Shown: positions 19,243-28,455 of the stretch, one piece after another
Layout: each line of letters starts with the position of its first letter
How positions within the stretch are numbered: position 1 is the stretch's first letter
DNA from: Treponema sp.
GTDB taxonomy: Bacteria; Spirochaetota; Spirochaetia; Treponematales; Treponemataceae
Length of the DNA stretch: 64,000 bases
Assembly: GCA_024402475.1 (NCBI GenBank)
Contig: JAKSTQ010000006.1
Span: 28,529 to 92,528, forward strand
Direction of reading: 5' to 3'
The notes under the pieces: model-generated
Seen by the model: the letters and a program-made list of their open reading frames with translations, nothing else
Database searches by the model: none
Told to the model about the DNA's origin: nothing
Made by a program: the position numbers and the translations under genes

Positions 19243-19821
19243 ATGATGAGAATTTGTAAACTTGGTGAAGAAATTTTAAGAGAAGTTGCTGTTCCTGTAG
19301 AAAAGGTAACAGAAGATTTTAAACAGCTTGCTGCTGATATGTTTGAAACTATGGATCAGGCCAATGGAGTAGGGCTTGCCTGTCCTCAGATTGGTATGAG
19401 TATCCGTATGTTCGTCGTAATGGCAGATGATGATGTTCGCCGTGTATTTATCAATCCTCAGATTATTTCTACTTCAAATGATTTGATAGAATATGAAGAA
19501 GGCTGTCTGAGTATTCCAGGCGTTTACGAAAAAATCATGCGTCCTGCAAAAGTAACTGTTCAGGCTCTTAACGAAGAAGGCAAACCTTTTACTCTTGAAG
19601 CAGAAGGTCTTCTTGCCCGAGTAATTCAGCATGAATATGATCACCTTGACGGTCATGTGTTTATTGACCGCGGTGATGCAGAATTCAAGGCAAAGACAGA
19701 AAAGGCTTTTGAAAAACGCGCTGAACGTGCAAAAGAAAAGGCAGCTGCTAAAGAAGCAAAACAGAAAAAGATTGCCGCTAAAATTGCAGCTAAAGAAGCC
19801 GCAAAGGCAGCAAAAAAATAA
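19243..19821 (+). CDS. def: Peptide deformylase
   Basis: GVGLACPQ, EGCLS, QHEYDHL; Ala/Lys-rich tail. Confidence 0.96.
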   Translation: MMRICKLGEEILREVAVPVEKVTEDFKQLAADMFETMDQANGVGLACPQIGMSIRMFVVMADDDVRRVFINPQIISTSNDLIEYEEGCLSIPGVYEKIMRPAKVTVQALNEEGKPFTLEAEGLLARVIQHEYDHLDGHVFIDRGDAEFKAKTEKAFEKRAERAKEKAAAKEAKQKKIAAKIAAKEAAKAAKK

Positions 19822-19842
19822 TCAGCGCAGGCTGGAGGTTTT

Positions 19843-20850
19843 ATGGTAAAAGTACTTTATGCAGGCAGCCCTGAGGCAGCGGCTGTTACTTTACAGAAAC
19901 TTATTGAGTTTGCATCTGACCCGAACAGTCCTTTCTATAATAAATACGAAATCGCTGGCGTACTGACAAATCCTCCGACTGCAAAAGGTCGTAAGAAAGA
20001 GCTTACCCCAACTCCAGTCGGGCAGTTCGCCCTCGATCACAACCTTGCCCTGTTCACACCCGAGCATCTTGATCAGGCAGCCCGTGAACAGATTCTTCCT
20101 CTTAATGCTGATGTACTGGTCTGCTTTGCCTACGGGCATATTTTTGGACCAAAATTCCTTGGCCTTTTTAAGAACGGCGGAATGAATCTTCACCCTTCGA
20201 TGCTTCCAAAATACCGCGGCTGTACACCGGTTCCGGCAGCAATCCTTAACCAGGATCCGCAGACCGCTTACACAGTTCAGACTATCGGCCTTGAAATGGA
20301 TCAGGGAGATATTCTTGCCCAGAAAGTAGTTGACCTAACCGGTAACGAAACTGCAGGCTCCCTTCTTGATTGTGCAGCCCGTGAAGGATCTGAACTGATT
20401 GCAGGACTTCTTGCAGAACTTTGTGATAACGGGAAACTTCCTCAGGGTGCAAAACAGCAGGGAGAAGCAAGTTATACAGGCGTAATTTCAAAAGAAGACG
20501 GCCTGATCGACTGGAATGCGCAGACCGCACAGATTGATGCAAAAATTCGCGCTTATACACCAGACCCTTCCTGCTATACACACATGGCAGACGGCCTTGA
20601 ACTTAAAATCCTTGAAAGCCGCAGACTGAATGCTGACGAAGAAGCCGAAATGCGTTCCATGATGGGCGGTGATTTTTCGGCCAGAGCGAGCGGAACTGTA
20701 TGTGCGTTTGTCAAAAAGTATGGAATTCTGATAAAAACCGGTGACGGATATCTTTGTGTGACAAAACTTCAGAAGCAGCAGAAAAATGCAATGAGCTACA
20801 AGGATTTCATGAACGGTGCCAGGGATTTTATCGGTTCACAGTTGAAGTGA
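19843..20850 (+). CDS. fmt: Methionyl-tRNA formyltransferase
   Basis: NLHPSMLPKYRG, MDQGD; directly follows def. Confidence 0.93.
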   Translation: MVKVLYAGSPEAAAVTLQKLIEFASDPNSPFYNKYEIAGVLTNPPTAKGRKKELTPTPVGQFALDHNLALFTPEHLDQAAREQILPLNADVLVCFAYGHIFGPKFLGLFKNGGMNLHPSMLPKYRGCTPVPAAILNQDPQTAYTVQTIGLEMDQGDILAQKVVDLTGNETAGSLLDCAAREGSELIAGLLAELCDNGKLPQGAKQQGEASYTGVISKEDGLIDWNAQTAQIDAKIRAYTPDPSCYTHMADGLELKILESRRLNADEEAEMRSMMGGDFSARASGTVCAFVKKYGILIKTGDGYLCVTKLQKQQKNAMSYKDFMNGARDFIGSQLK

Positions 20851-20903
20851 TTATTGAATTTAAGTATAATAATCTATCCATTTCTATATAAAGGTGAATT
20901 TAA

Positions 20904-22064
20904 ATGGCAGAAAACGAAAAGAAAGAAAAAAAGTCATTTGGCGAAAAAATCAAGAATTTTGGTATTTCGTTCATGAAAGTAAAGGAAACACTTGAACAGG
21001 CAGGTTCGGCATTTGTAGCTTATACAATTGCTTTGTTTGTGGTAATGGGGATTGCCTGTGTTCTTGTTTTCCTTGCTGCAAATAAAGGTGAAGAAAAAGT
21101 ACTTGTTCCTGATGTAGTAGGAACAAATATTTATCGTGCACAGCTTATGCTTCAGGAACGCGAACTTTATCCAAAACTTCAGTTGCGTTATTCAGATCTT
21201 CCTGGACAGGCTGGTCAGATTATTTCTCAGAGTCCAAAAGGCGGAACAATCGTTAAAGCTGGACGCCGTGTTACTCTCGTAGTAAGCCGTGGTATCGTTT
21301 TTGACCATGTAGGAAAATATATCGGTTCTAACATTGATGCAATCAAGACATCTCTTGATGCACTTTATGCTGGAGCAGAAACTCCATCCCTTACAATCGC
21401 TCCACCAATTTTCAAGATGGACGCATCGGCTCCTGGAACAATTCTTGAACAGGATCCACCAGAAGGAACTCCAATTGCTCAGCCAATCGCACTTAAGTTT
21501 GTTGTTTCAAGCGGTTCAGAAAAGGCTACAGCTGCAGTTCCAGACCTTAAGGGAAAAACTCTTAAAGAAGTATATGCAATGCTTGGTTCTTCAAGAGTAA
21601 CATTCGAATTTACACCAAAAACAGTTGCTGCTAACGAAACAGCAGGTGTTGTAGTTTCTCAGGAAGAAACAAAAGGTAATGTTGCTGAATATTCAAGAGT
21701 AAAAGTTGAATTTGCAGTTTCTGACCTTACAGTTGCTCCGGCAGAACCTGTTGAGGAAACAGCAGAAAATGCTCCTGGAAAACCAAAAGACATTCGTAAC
21801 AAGACAGAAGGCGAAGCTGCAGAACAGAATGCAGAAGTTCAGATTCATAACGGTGTTTACGGCGTATTTGAAGCTGGAATCGCTGAATATCCATATCCAG
21901 TTCCTGTAAAACTTGAAGTAGTTCTTCAGGACGGAGCAAAATTCAGTCTTGTTGGTTTTGAACACATTGGTGGACATATTACAATTCCTTATCAGGCTCC
22001 ACGCGGAAGTACACTTGTTTTGAGCGTACTTGATCGTGAAGTTGAAAAAGTTGAAGTTCAGTAA
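20904..22064 (+). CDS. Membrane-anchored PASTA-domain protein (no kinase domain)
   Basis: One TM then three repeats of VPD(V/L).G...Q.P..G...V.LVVS. Confidence 0.85.
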   Translation: MAENEKKEKKSFGEKIKNFGISFMKVKETLEQAGSAFVAYTIALFVVMGIACVLVFLAANKGEEKVLVPDVVGTNIYRAQLMLQERELYPKLQLRYSDLPGQAGQIISQSPKGGTIVKAGRRVTLVVSRGIVFDHVGKYIGSNIDAIKTSLDALYAGAETPSLTIAPPIFKMDASAPGTILEQDPPEGTPIAQPIALKFVVSSGSEKATAAVPDLKGKTLKEVYAMLGSSRVTFEFTPKTVAANETAGVVVSQEETKGNVAEYSRVKVEFAVSDLTVAPAEPVEETAENAPGKPKDIRNKTEGEAAEQNAEVQIHNGVYGVFEAGIAEYPYPVPVKLEVVLQDGAKFSLVGFEHIGGHITIPYQAPRGSTLVLSVLDREVEKVEVQ

Positions 22065-22066
22065 TA

Positions 22067-23578
22067 ATGGGTAAACCTTTAATTTGTCTTACACTTACGT
22101 GTAAGACAATTGCCGAAGATCTGGCAATTATCGAAAAATACCGTCCGTACATTGATCTTGTTGAGTTACGGGCGGATCACCTTGATGAAGATGAATGTCT
22201 TCATATCCGTAAATTCCCTTCCCTTGCTAATATTCCATGTATCCTGACAATCCGCAGAAGTTGCGACGGCGGCCTGTATAATGGCGGCGAAACTGCCCGT
22301 ACAATGCTCTTTGCCCGAGCTATGGCTTTTGCAGACCAGAACAGCAAGAATAATTTTCAGTATGTAGATTTTGAAGAAGATTATCATATTCCAAGCCTGC
22401 AGGACTCGGCTCTTGCTTTTGGAACAAAAATAATCCGCAGTTTCCACAATATGACTGGTCCAGAAACCAATCTTATTGAACACTGCAATAAAATGCGCCG
22501 TACTCCATATGAGATTCCTAAAATTGCATTTAAGCCGGAAACTCTCGAAGATGTAACACGCCTTTTTGAAGAAACAAAAAACTTTACTGAATACGATCAC
22601 ATTTTCTGTGCAATGGGAACTCTTGGGCTTCCATCAAGAATTCTCTGCCATAAAACTCATTCGTATCTGACTTTTACTTCTCCAAAAGAGACAATCTCAA
22701 ATACATCCGAAATCGGCCATATTGATCCGATTACATTAAACGAGCTGTATCATTTCAGAACACTCGATGAAAATACAAAGATTTATGGAATTACAGGATG
22801 GCCTCTGTCTCATACTTCAAGTCCTGAACTCCATAACGGCGGATATCTTGCTACCGGTCAGAATGCAGTTTATATTCCTGTCAGAACACCAAAGATTACT
22901 CATGCTCTTGAGTTCTGTAATACTGTTGGCGTAGAAGGAATGTCAGTAACAATTCCACATAAAGAAACAGTTCTTCCTGAGCTCAGCGATTACGATGTTC
23001 AGGTAAAAGATATTCTTGCATCAAACACAATCGTAAAACGCGACGGGCGATGGGTCGGATATAATACTGATGCTGACGGTTTTTCACGTGCACTTCTGGA
23101 ATTCCTTGGTGTAGAAAAACTTAAACGCAGAAAAGTTGCCATTATTGGTGCCGGTGGAGCCGCAAGAGCAATTGCATATGCCGTAAAACAGCTTGGTGCA
23201 AAAGCTTGTATTTTTAACAGAACACTGGCAAACGCAAAGGCAATTGCTGAGCGCTTTGGTTTTGATTATGCAAAACTTGATCAGGATTCTGTTTCTAAAC
23301 TTGAATCTTACAGTGACATTATTATTCAGACAACTTCTGTTGGCAATGGTTACTACGGACCTTCAAACGAAGCAAACGATCCGATTTATTTTTACCAGTT
23401 CAAAGGAACAGAAAACCTTTACGACATTATTTATTCACCGGAAATTACACCGGTTATGGCAAGAGCCAAAAGTGCGGGCTGTAACGTATCAAACGGTTAT
23501 TCAATGCTGAAGTACCAGGGATATATGCAGTTCAAAATGTTTACAGGAGTAGATTATGAGCCAGTTGAGTCAAAGTGA
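22067..23578 (+). CDS. Bifunctional type I 3-dehydroquinate dehydratase / shikimate dehydrogenase (AroD-AroE)
   Basis: ELRAD, SFH, PKIA, AMG..G..SR; HTSSP..HN, SVTIPHK, NTD, GAGGAA. Confidence 0.92.
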   Translation: MGKPLICLTLTCKTIAEDLAIIEKYRPYIDLVELRADHLDEDECLHIRKFPSLANIPCILTIRRSCDGGLYNGGETARTMLFARAMAFADQNSKNNFQYVDFEEDYHIPSLQDSALAFGTKIIRSFHNMTGPETNLIEHCNKMRRTPYEIPKIAFKPETLEDVTRLFEETKNFTEYDHIFCAMGTLGLPSRILCHKTHSYLTFTSPKETISNTSEIGHIDPITLNELYHFRTLDENTKIYGITGWPLSHTSSPELHNGGYLATGQNAVYIPVRTPKITHALEFCNTVGVEGMSVTIPHKETVLPELSDYDVQVKDILASNTIVKRDGRWVGYNTDADGFSRALLEFLGVEKLKRRKVAIIGAGGAARAIAYAVKQLGAKACIFNRTLANAKAIAERFGFDYAKLDQDSVSKLESYSDIIIQTTSVGNGYYGPSNEANDPIYFYQFKGTENLYDIIYSPEITPVMARAKSAGCNVSNGYSMLKYQGYMQFKMFTGVDYEPVESK

Positions 23579-24284
23579 ACAGAAAGAAAAAGTAGCTTCT
23601 ACAGCTATTGATAAACTTATTCAGGACAAGATGATTTTTTCAGGAATGAAAATCGGGCTTGGTACTGGTTCAACAGCTGTTCCTGCAGTAAAACATCTTT
23701 CAAAAAGAATTAACGACGGAACCTTAAAAGATATCAAGGCAGTTGTAACTTCTTTCCAGACAAAAAATCTTTGTGAAGAACTTGGAATTCCTGTTTATTC
23801 ACTTAACGATAAGGTAATCGGCGGTCATCTTGATCTTGCTATTGACGGTGCTGACGAAGTTGATCCGAACAACAATGTAATTAAAGGCGGCGGTGCAGCA
23901 CTGCTTCTTGAAAAAATTGTTGCATACAACTCAGATCAGTTTGTAGTTGTTGCCGATGCTACCAAAATTGTTGATACACTTGGAACAAAATTCCGCCTTC
24001 CTGTAGAAATCGTTCCAGAAGCACGCCGCAGTGTTACAATGGCACTTGAAGCAATGGGTGCTGACTGCCTTTTGCGCGAAGGTGTTCGTAAATGCGGTCC
24101 TGTTATTACAGACAATGGAAATCAGATTATTGACTGTGTATGGCAGAATCCGGTTGATCCTTTTGAATTCGAAGAAAAAATCAATAAAATTGTCGGCGTT
24201 GTAGAAAACGGATTCTTTACAAGAAATGCAAAGAAGCCTATCGTGTTTACAATTGACGCTGACTGCAACGTAATTTCACGCTAG
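23556..24284 (+). CDS. rpiA: Ribose-5-phosphate isomerase A
   Basis: GLGTGST, DGADE, KGGGAALLLEK, TDNGN. Confidence 0.96.
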   Translation: MSQLSQSEQKEKVASTAIDKLIQDKMIFSGMKIGLGTGSTAVPAVKHLSKRINDGTLKDIKAVVTSFQTKNLCEELGIPVYSLNDKVIGGHLDLAIDGADEVDPNNNVIKGGGAALLLEKIVAYNSDQFVVVADATKIVDTLGTKFRLPVEIVPEARRSVTMALEAMGADCLLREGVRKCGPVITDNGNQIIDCVWQNPVDPFEFEEKINKIVGVVENGFFTRNAKKPIVFTIDADCNVISR

Positions 24285-24287
24285 GCT

Positions 24288-25601
24288 ATGTTTGAACCTT
24301 TTGCCTGTGAACCAGCCCGCAGCTTTGCCAGGGAATTTATGGCAGAACTGCAGGCGCGCAGAAGTATCTTTGATTTTAAAGGAATGTTCGGCGTTCTGGT
24401 ATGCAGGGATAAAGAAGGAAAAGATGTAGTCCTGCGCGCCTTTAGCGGTCAGTACAACAGTCTCTGGAATTACCAGGGATTTGTGCCTGCACTTGTGGAC
24501 CAGTTGCAGTACGACAAGGCCGTTGAAGGTAATGACGCGCAGATTCATGTTTTGAGTCAGGCTGTTCCCGGTGAAACTCCTTTACAGCGGGACGCACGCA
24601 ATGCAAAGCGCATTGAACTTTGCAACGAAACTCTTTCTAAAATTTATTCCCTTTATCACTTTACCTGTGCGGACGGCGTTGTCCGTGATTTTGAATTCAT
24701 CGTGCAGGATATTCAATATAATGCCTATGCTGAAAAGCAAAAATTATTGCCGACTGGTACCGGTGACTGTTGTGCGCCAAAACTTCTGTCATATGCTTTT
24801 GCAAATGGTCTTGTTCCTTACAGCATGGCAGAATTTTACTGGGGGCCATCAAATACTCATTTTGTGCAGGGTGAATTTTATCCGCCTTGTGATGAAAAAT
24901 GCGGATTCATTCTGCCTGTAATATTGGGTTTGAAAATTCTTTACCGCGATGACAATATAATTGTAGTAAATAAGCCTTCCGGGCTTCTGGCTGTTCCAGG
25001 CCGTGGACCTGAAAAACAGGACTGTGTTGTAAACCGTGTCCGCCGTCTTTACCCTGACTGTATTGAACAGCCTTCCGTGCACAGACTTGATATGGACACT
25101 TCTGGACTTATGGTTCTTGCTTTTGATGCAGAAAGCCAGCGTAATTTAAGCATTCAGTTTCAGGACGGAAAGGTCGACAAGAAATACATTGCTGTTATTG
25201 ACGGTCTTTTATGCAATGAAGAAAGCGGTATAAAGGCCAGTGATGATCAGGGCCGAATTGAATTGAAATTCCGGCTTGATGTAGATAACAGGCCTCATCA
25301 GATTTATGACGAAGTTTACGGTAAGCTTGGAATTACATTGTGGAAACGACTTAGGGTCTGGAAAATGCGGGGTAAAACAGTTACCAGCATTGAATTTGAA
25401 CCGTTAACCGGCCGCACTCACCAGTTAAGGCTTGCTGCGAGCCATAAAAAAGGCTTTGGAATTCCGATTGTGGGTGACAACCTTTACGGGCAGCAGGAAG
25501 AAGGTCAGCGTCTTTTACTGCATTCATGTTATCTTAAGTTTGCTCATCCGGTTACAGGCGAACCGATGGAATTCACCTGCGAACCGGATTTCAGGTACTA
25601 G
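24288..25601 (+). CDS. RluA-family pseudouridine synthase with extra N-terminal Cys-containing domain
   Basis: NKPSGLL..PG, HRLDMDTSGL, TGRTHQLR, GDNLYG, LLLH. Confidence 0.9.
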   Translation: MFEPFACEPARSFAREFMAELQARRSIFDFKGMFGVLVCRDKEGKDVVLRAFSGQYNSLWNYQGFVPALVDQLQYDKAVEGNDAQIHVLSQAVPGETPLQRDARNAKRIELCNETLSKIYSLYHFTCADGVVRDFEFIVQDIQYNAYAEKQKLLPTGTGDCCAPKLLSYAFANGLVPYSMAEFYWGPSNTHFVQGEFYPPCDEKCGFILPVILGLKILYRDDNIIVVNKPSGLLAVPGRGPEKQDCVVNRVRRLYPDCIEQPSVHRLDMDTSGLMVLAFDAESQRNLSIQFQDGKVDKKYIAVIDGLLCNEESGIKASDDQGRIELKFRLDVDNRPHQIYDEVYGKLGITLWKRLRVWKMRGKTVTSIEFEPLTGRTHQLRLAASHKKGFGIPIVGDNLYGQQEEGQRLLLHSCYLKFAHPVTGEPMEFTCEPDFRY

Positions 25602-26524
25602 GAAAGCATTTTTGTAAGGATTACGTCTTTCTGGCGCCAGTTTTTTACTACTTTTACCTGAAGATCCAGGTCAATTCTATAATCAAAAATCTGTCTGAAC
25701 TTTTTAAGGGATTCAACACGGATTGTTTTGATCATTGAAGCTCCTTTACCGATTACAATTCCTTTCTGACTTTCTCTTTCTACACAGATAAATGCGCGTA
25801 CCCACAGTTCTTTGCCGTTTTTGCGGAATTCCATGTCGCTGACATCAACAAAAAGTGCATGAGGAATTTCCTGTGTAAGACGGTTGATTGCTTCTCCGCG
25901 GATAACTTCTGCAATGCGGAATCCTACTTCCTGGTCTGTGTAGTATTCTTCAGGATAGAGGTGTGGAGCAACAGGCGAAAGGTCGTAGAGAGCCTTAAGG
26001 ACTTCGTTGATTCCTGCATCATTTTTTGCTGAGATATCGTAAATGCGGTCGCCGCTGATTTCACTTAAGTTTTTTGCGATAAAAAGGCGGGTTTCTGCAG
26101 GACGGCTTTTAGGATCATCGGTTTTGTTTACTGCAATTACTGTTTTTGCGGCAAATGGTTTTACAAGTTCAGCTGTCAGTTCTTCTTCTTCACCTGTTTC
26201 TCTTGTGGAATCGATTACATAAAGAACGCAGTCTGCTGCATCAAGTGAATCTTTTGCAGTCTGCTGAAGCTTAAGGTTCAGTTTTTTTTCTGAAATGTGA
26301 TATCCCGGTGTGTCAACAAAGACAAGCTGGCCAAAAGAAGTATTCACGATACCGCGGATGGCATTTCTTGTTGTCTGTGGAATCGGAGAAACGATTGAAA
26401 CGGGTTCTCCGCTGGCTGTGTTTAAAAAGGTTGATTTTCCTGCTGAAGGGCGTCCAATGATGGCAACAAGGGCTGTTTTTGGGCCTGCAGGTTCTGGTCT
26501 GTATTCTTCCTGTTCAAAATTCAT
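25598..26524 (-). CDS. era: GTPase Era
   Basis: GRPSAGKST, QTTR, DTPG, NKTD, SA; KH domain SQKGIVIGKG. Confidence 0.96.
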   Translation of the reverse strand: MNFEQEEYRPEPAGPKTALVAIIGRPSAGKSTFLNTASGEPVSIVSPIPQTTRNAIRGIVNTSFGQLVFVDTPGYHISEKKLNLKLQQTAKDSLDAADCVLYVIDSTRETGEEEELTAELVKPFAAKTVIAVNKTDDPKSRPAETRLFIAKNLSEISGDRIYDISAKNDAGINEVLKALYDLSPVAPHLYPEEYYTDQEVGFRIAEVIRGEAINRLTQEIPHALFVDVSDMEFRKNGKELWVRAFICVERESQKGIVIGKGASMIKTIRVESLKKFRQIFDYRIDLDLQVKVVKNWRQKDVILTKMLS

Positions 26525-26530
26525 GAAAAT

Positions 26531-26581
26531 ATTATATAAAAAAAATAAAATTTTGACAAAGTAAAATTGTGGGTTTATAAT
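26531..26581. promoter_or_regulatory. Divergent sigma70 promoters with overlapping -35 boxes
   Basis: Plus strand: TTGACA(26553)-N17-TATAAT. Minus strand: TTGTCA-N17-TATAAT, 6 nt before the era ATG. Confidence 0.8.
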
Positions 26582-26614
26582 AAAATATTCATTAATTCGG
26601 AGGTTTAAAATCTA

Positions 26615-27634
26615 ATGAAAAAAATTAGCGCAATTATCGCTGCTGGTCTTCTCGTTATTGGACTTGCATCATGTGGCGAAAAATACGACCTGGTAACTGT
26701 AAAGGGAGGATCTTTTACAGAAGCTGACTTTGATACTTGGAATGAGTTGAAAAGAAAAACACCTGAAACTCTTGAAAAAGAAGAAGCAAGAAGAGTTAAG
26801 GAAAACGAAAGAAGAACTAAGGTTGCTGAAAGAAAAGGTGAAGAACCAGAACTTCTTCCAGAACCTGAATATACAGGAACATTTACACTTTCTGTAAGCG
26901 ACTTCATGATTTCAAAATACGAAGTAACACAGAAACTTTATGAAGAAATCATGTCTTCTGATCCAGATGTAAACCCAAAACCAGCTTACTTTAATAATGC
27001 AGATCCAAAAATTGCAGACAAAGAAAAAGCTGAACTTCGTCCAGTAGAAAGAATTACATGGTACGACTGTCTCTACTTCTGTAACAAACTCAGTGAAAAA
27101 GAAGGTCTTGAACCTGTTTATACATTGGAAGGAATCCAGCGTTACGAGAAAGATAAGGCTATCAAAACAGCTAAAGTAACAGCAGATTACACAAAGAACG
27201 GTTACCGTCTTCCTACATACGCTGAATGGGTATGGGCTGCTTGTGGCGGTGTAAAAGGTAAAGGTGTAAGAAAATATGCCGGAACAGGTGATCTTCCAGA
27301 AATTTCTTGGTTCGTAAACAACTCTAAAGAAATGACTCATCAGGTAGGTCTTAAAAAAGCAAATGAACTTGGTCTTTATGATATGACAGGTAACGTTTGT
27401 GAATGGTGTTACGACTACTTGTGGGAAGCTATGAACCCTACAGACTATGCTGACTACACAGGTCCAGCTACAGGTAGATACCGCTTTATTCCAGGTGGAT
27501 GTTTTACTGACGTTTCTGGTGGAGCAAGTTTCCCTTACGATATTACAACTGACCAGCTTGGTGGTATCCAGGGATTGAGATACTGGAACATCGGTTTCCG
27601 TCTTGCTCGTTCTGTTCCTAAAAAGAACAAATAA
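26615..27634 (+). CDS. FGE-sulfatase (SUMF1/CLec-fold) domain lipoprotein
   Basis: Lipobox LASC; KYEVTQ, PVE.ITW, GYRLPTYAEW, NELGLYDMTGNVCEWC, IGFRLAR. Confidence 0.88.
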   Translation: MKKISAIIAAGLLVIGLASCGEKYDLVTVKGGSFTEADFDTWNELKRKTPETLEKEEARRVKENERRTKVAERKGEEPELLPEPEYTGTFTLSVSDFMISKYEVTQKLYEEIMSSDPDVNPKPAYFNNADPKIADKEKAELRPVERITWYDCLYFCNKLSEKEGLEPVYTLEGIQRYEKDKAIKTAKVTADYTKNGYRLPTYAEWVWAACGGVKGKGVRKYAGTGDLPEISWFVNNSKEMTHQVGLKKANELGLYDMTGNVCEWCYDYLWEAMNPTDYADYTGPATGRYRFIPGGCFTDVSGGASFPYDITTDQLGGIQGLRYWNIGFRLARSVPKKNK

Positions 27635-27650
27635 GCTAATTTGACTGTAA

Positions 27651-27694
27651 AAACCAGCTGCACTCATCTGTGGCTGGTTATTTATTGTTTTTTT
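27651..27694 (+). terminator. Probable intrinsic terminator
   Basis: AACCAGCTGCA-ctcatc-TGTGGCTGGTT (with G-U pairs) followed by a T-rich tract. Confidence 0.6.
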
Positions 27695-27719
27695 ATTATT
27701 AAAAAAGTTGATATAAAAA

Positions 27720-28448
27720 ATGGATGTATTACAGAATTTAGTTGAGTATTATGACGAATTATACCCTGTTACCCCTGCACAGCAGACTTTCTACGATGAA
27801 TTAATCCAGGAATATGCTAAGCCTGCACATTTTCTTAATGTCAGCTGCGGTACTGGTGTTCTTGAACACAGACTTGCAAAAGATGGCGCAGATGTAACTG
27901 GTCTTGAAACCAATAAAGAACTTATGGAATCCGCAAACCGCAAACATCGCAACCAGCTGATGTCGGTAAGATATTTTATGATGTCTACTATCGAAATGTC
28001 ACGCTTTTTGGGAAAAGGATTTTATAACGTTATTTCATGTCTCAACGACAGAATCATTTTTATTCACGATCACGTTCTCTTACAGAAGTTTTTTTACGAC
28101 TGCAAACAGCTTCTTGCACCACAAGGAAAGCTCATAATTTCTTTGTGTAATTATTCAAAATACAAAACTGATTCAGAAATTGAAATGCCGTCGATCGAAA
28201 GCATGCGTGTGTCACTGCACAGTAAGCTTTATTCTGATGGTGAAGCTTCTTGTCTTTCACAGACAATTGAAACCGGCAGCGGAAAAAAACTGCCTGTTAT
28301 GACAAAAGAATCGGTTTATCCTCTTACAACTTCTCAGATTAGAGCTCTTGCTGAAGAAGCAGGTTTTTCAAAAGTTGAATTGTACAGCGGCTTTGATAAA
28401 ACCCCTTTTACTCCAGAAAGCGACAGAGTTTTGATTGTAATCAGCTAA
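27720..28448 (+). CDS. Class I SAM-dependent methyltransferase
   Basis: Motif I LNVSCGTG, VTGLE, L.PQG. Confidence 0.8.
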   Translation: MDVLQNLVEYYDELYPVTPAQQTFYDELIQEYAKPAHFLNVSCGTGVLEHRLAKDGADVTGLETNKELMESANRKHRNQLMSVRYFMMSTIEMSRFLGKGFYNVISCLNDRIIFIHDHVLLQKFFYDCKQLLAPQGKLIISLCNYSKYKTDSEIEMPSIESMRVSLHSKLYSDGEASCLSQTIETGSGKKLPVMTKESVYPLTTSQIRALAEEAGFSKVELYSGFDKTPFTPESDRVLIVIS

Positions 28449-28455
28449 AAATCCA

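Noticed and set aside
19730-19821. Ala/Lys-rich tail of Def as a histone-like domain
   Set aside because: Basic C-terminal helices are a known ribosome-contacting feature of deformylases, and this one is too short to call a separate domain.
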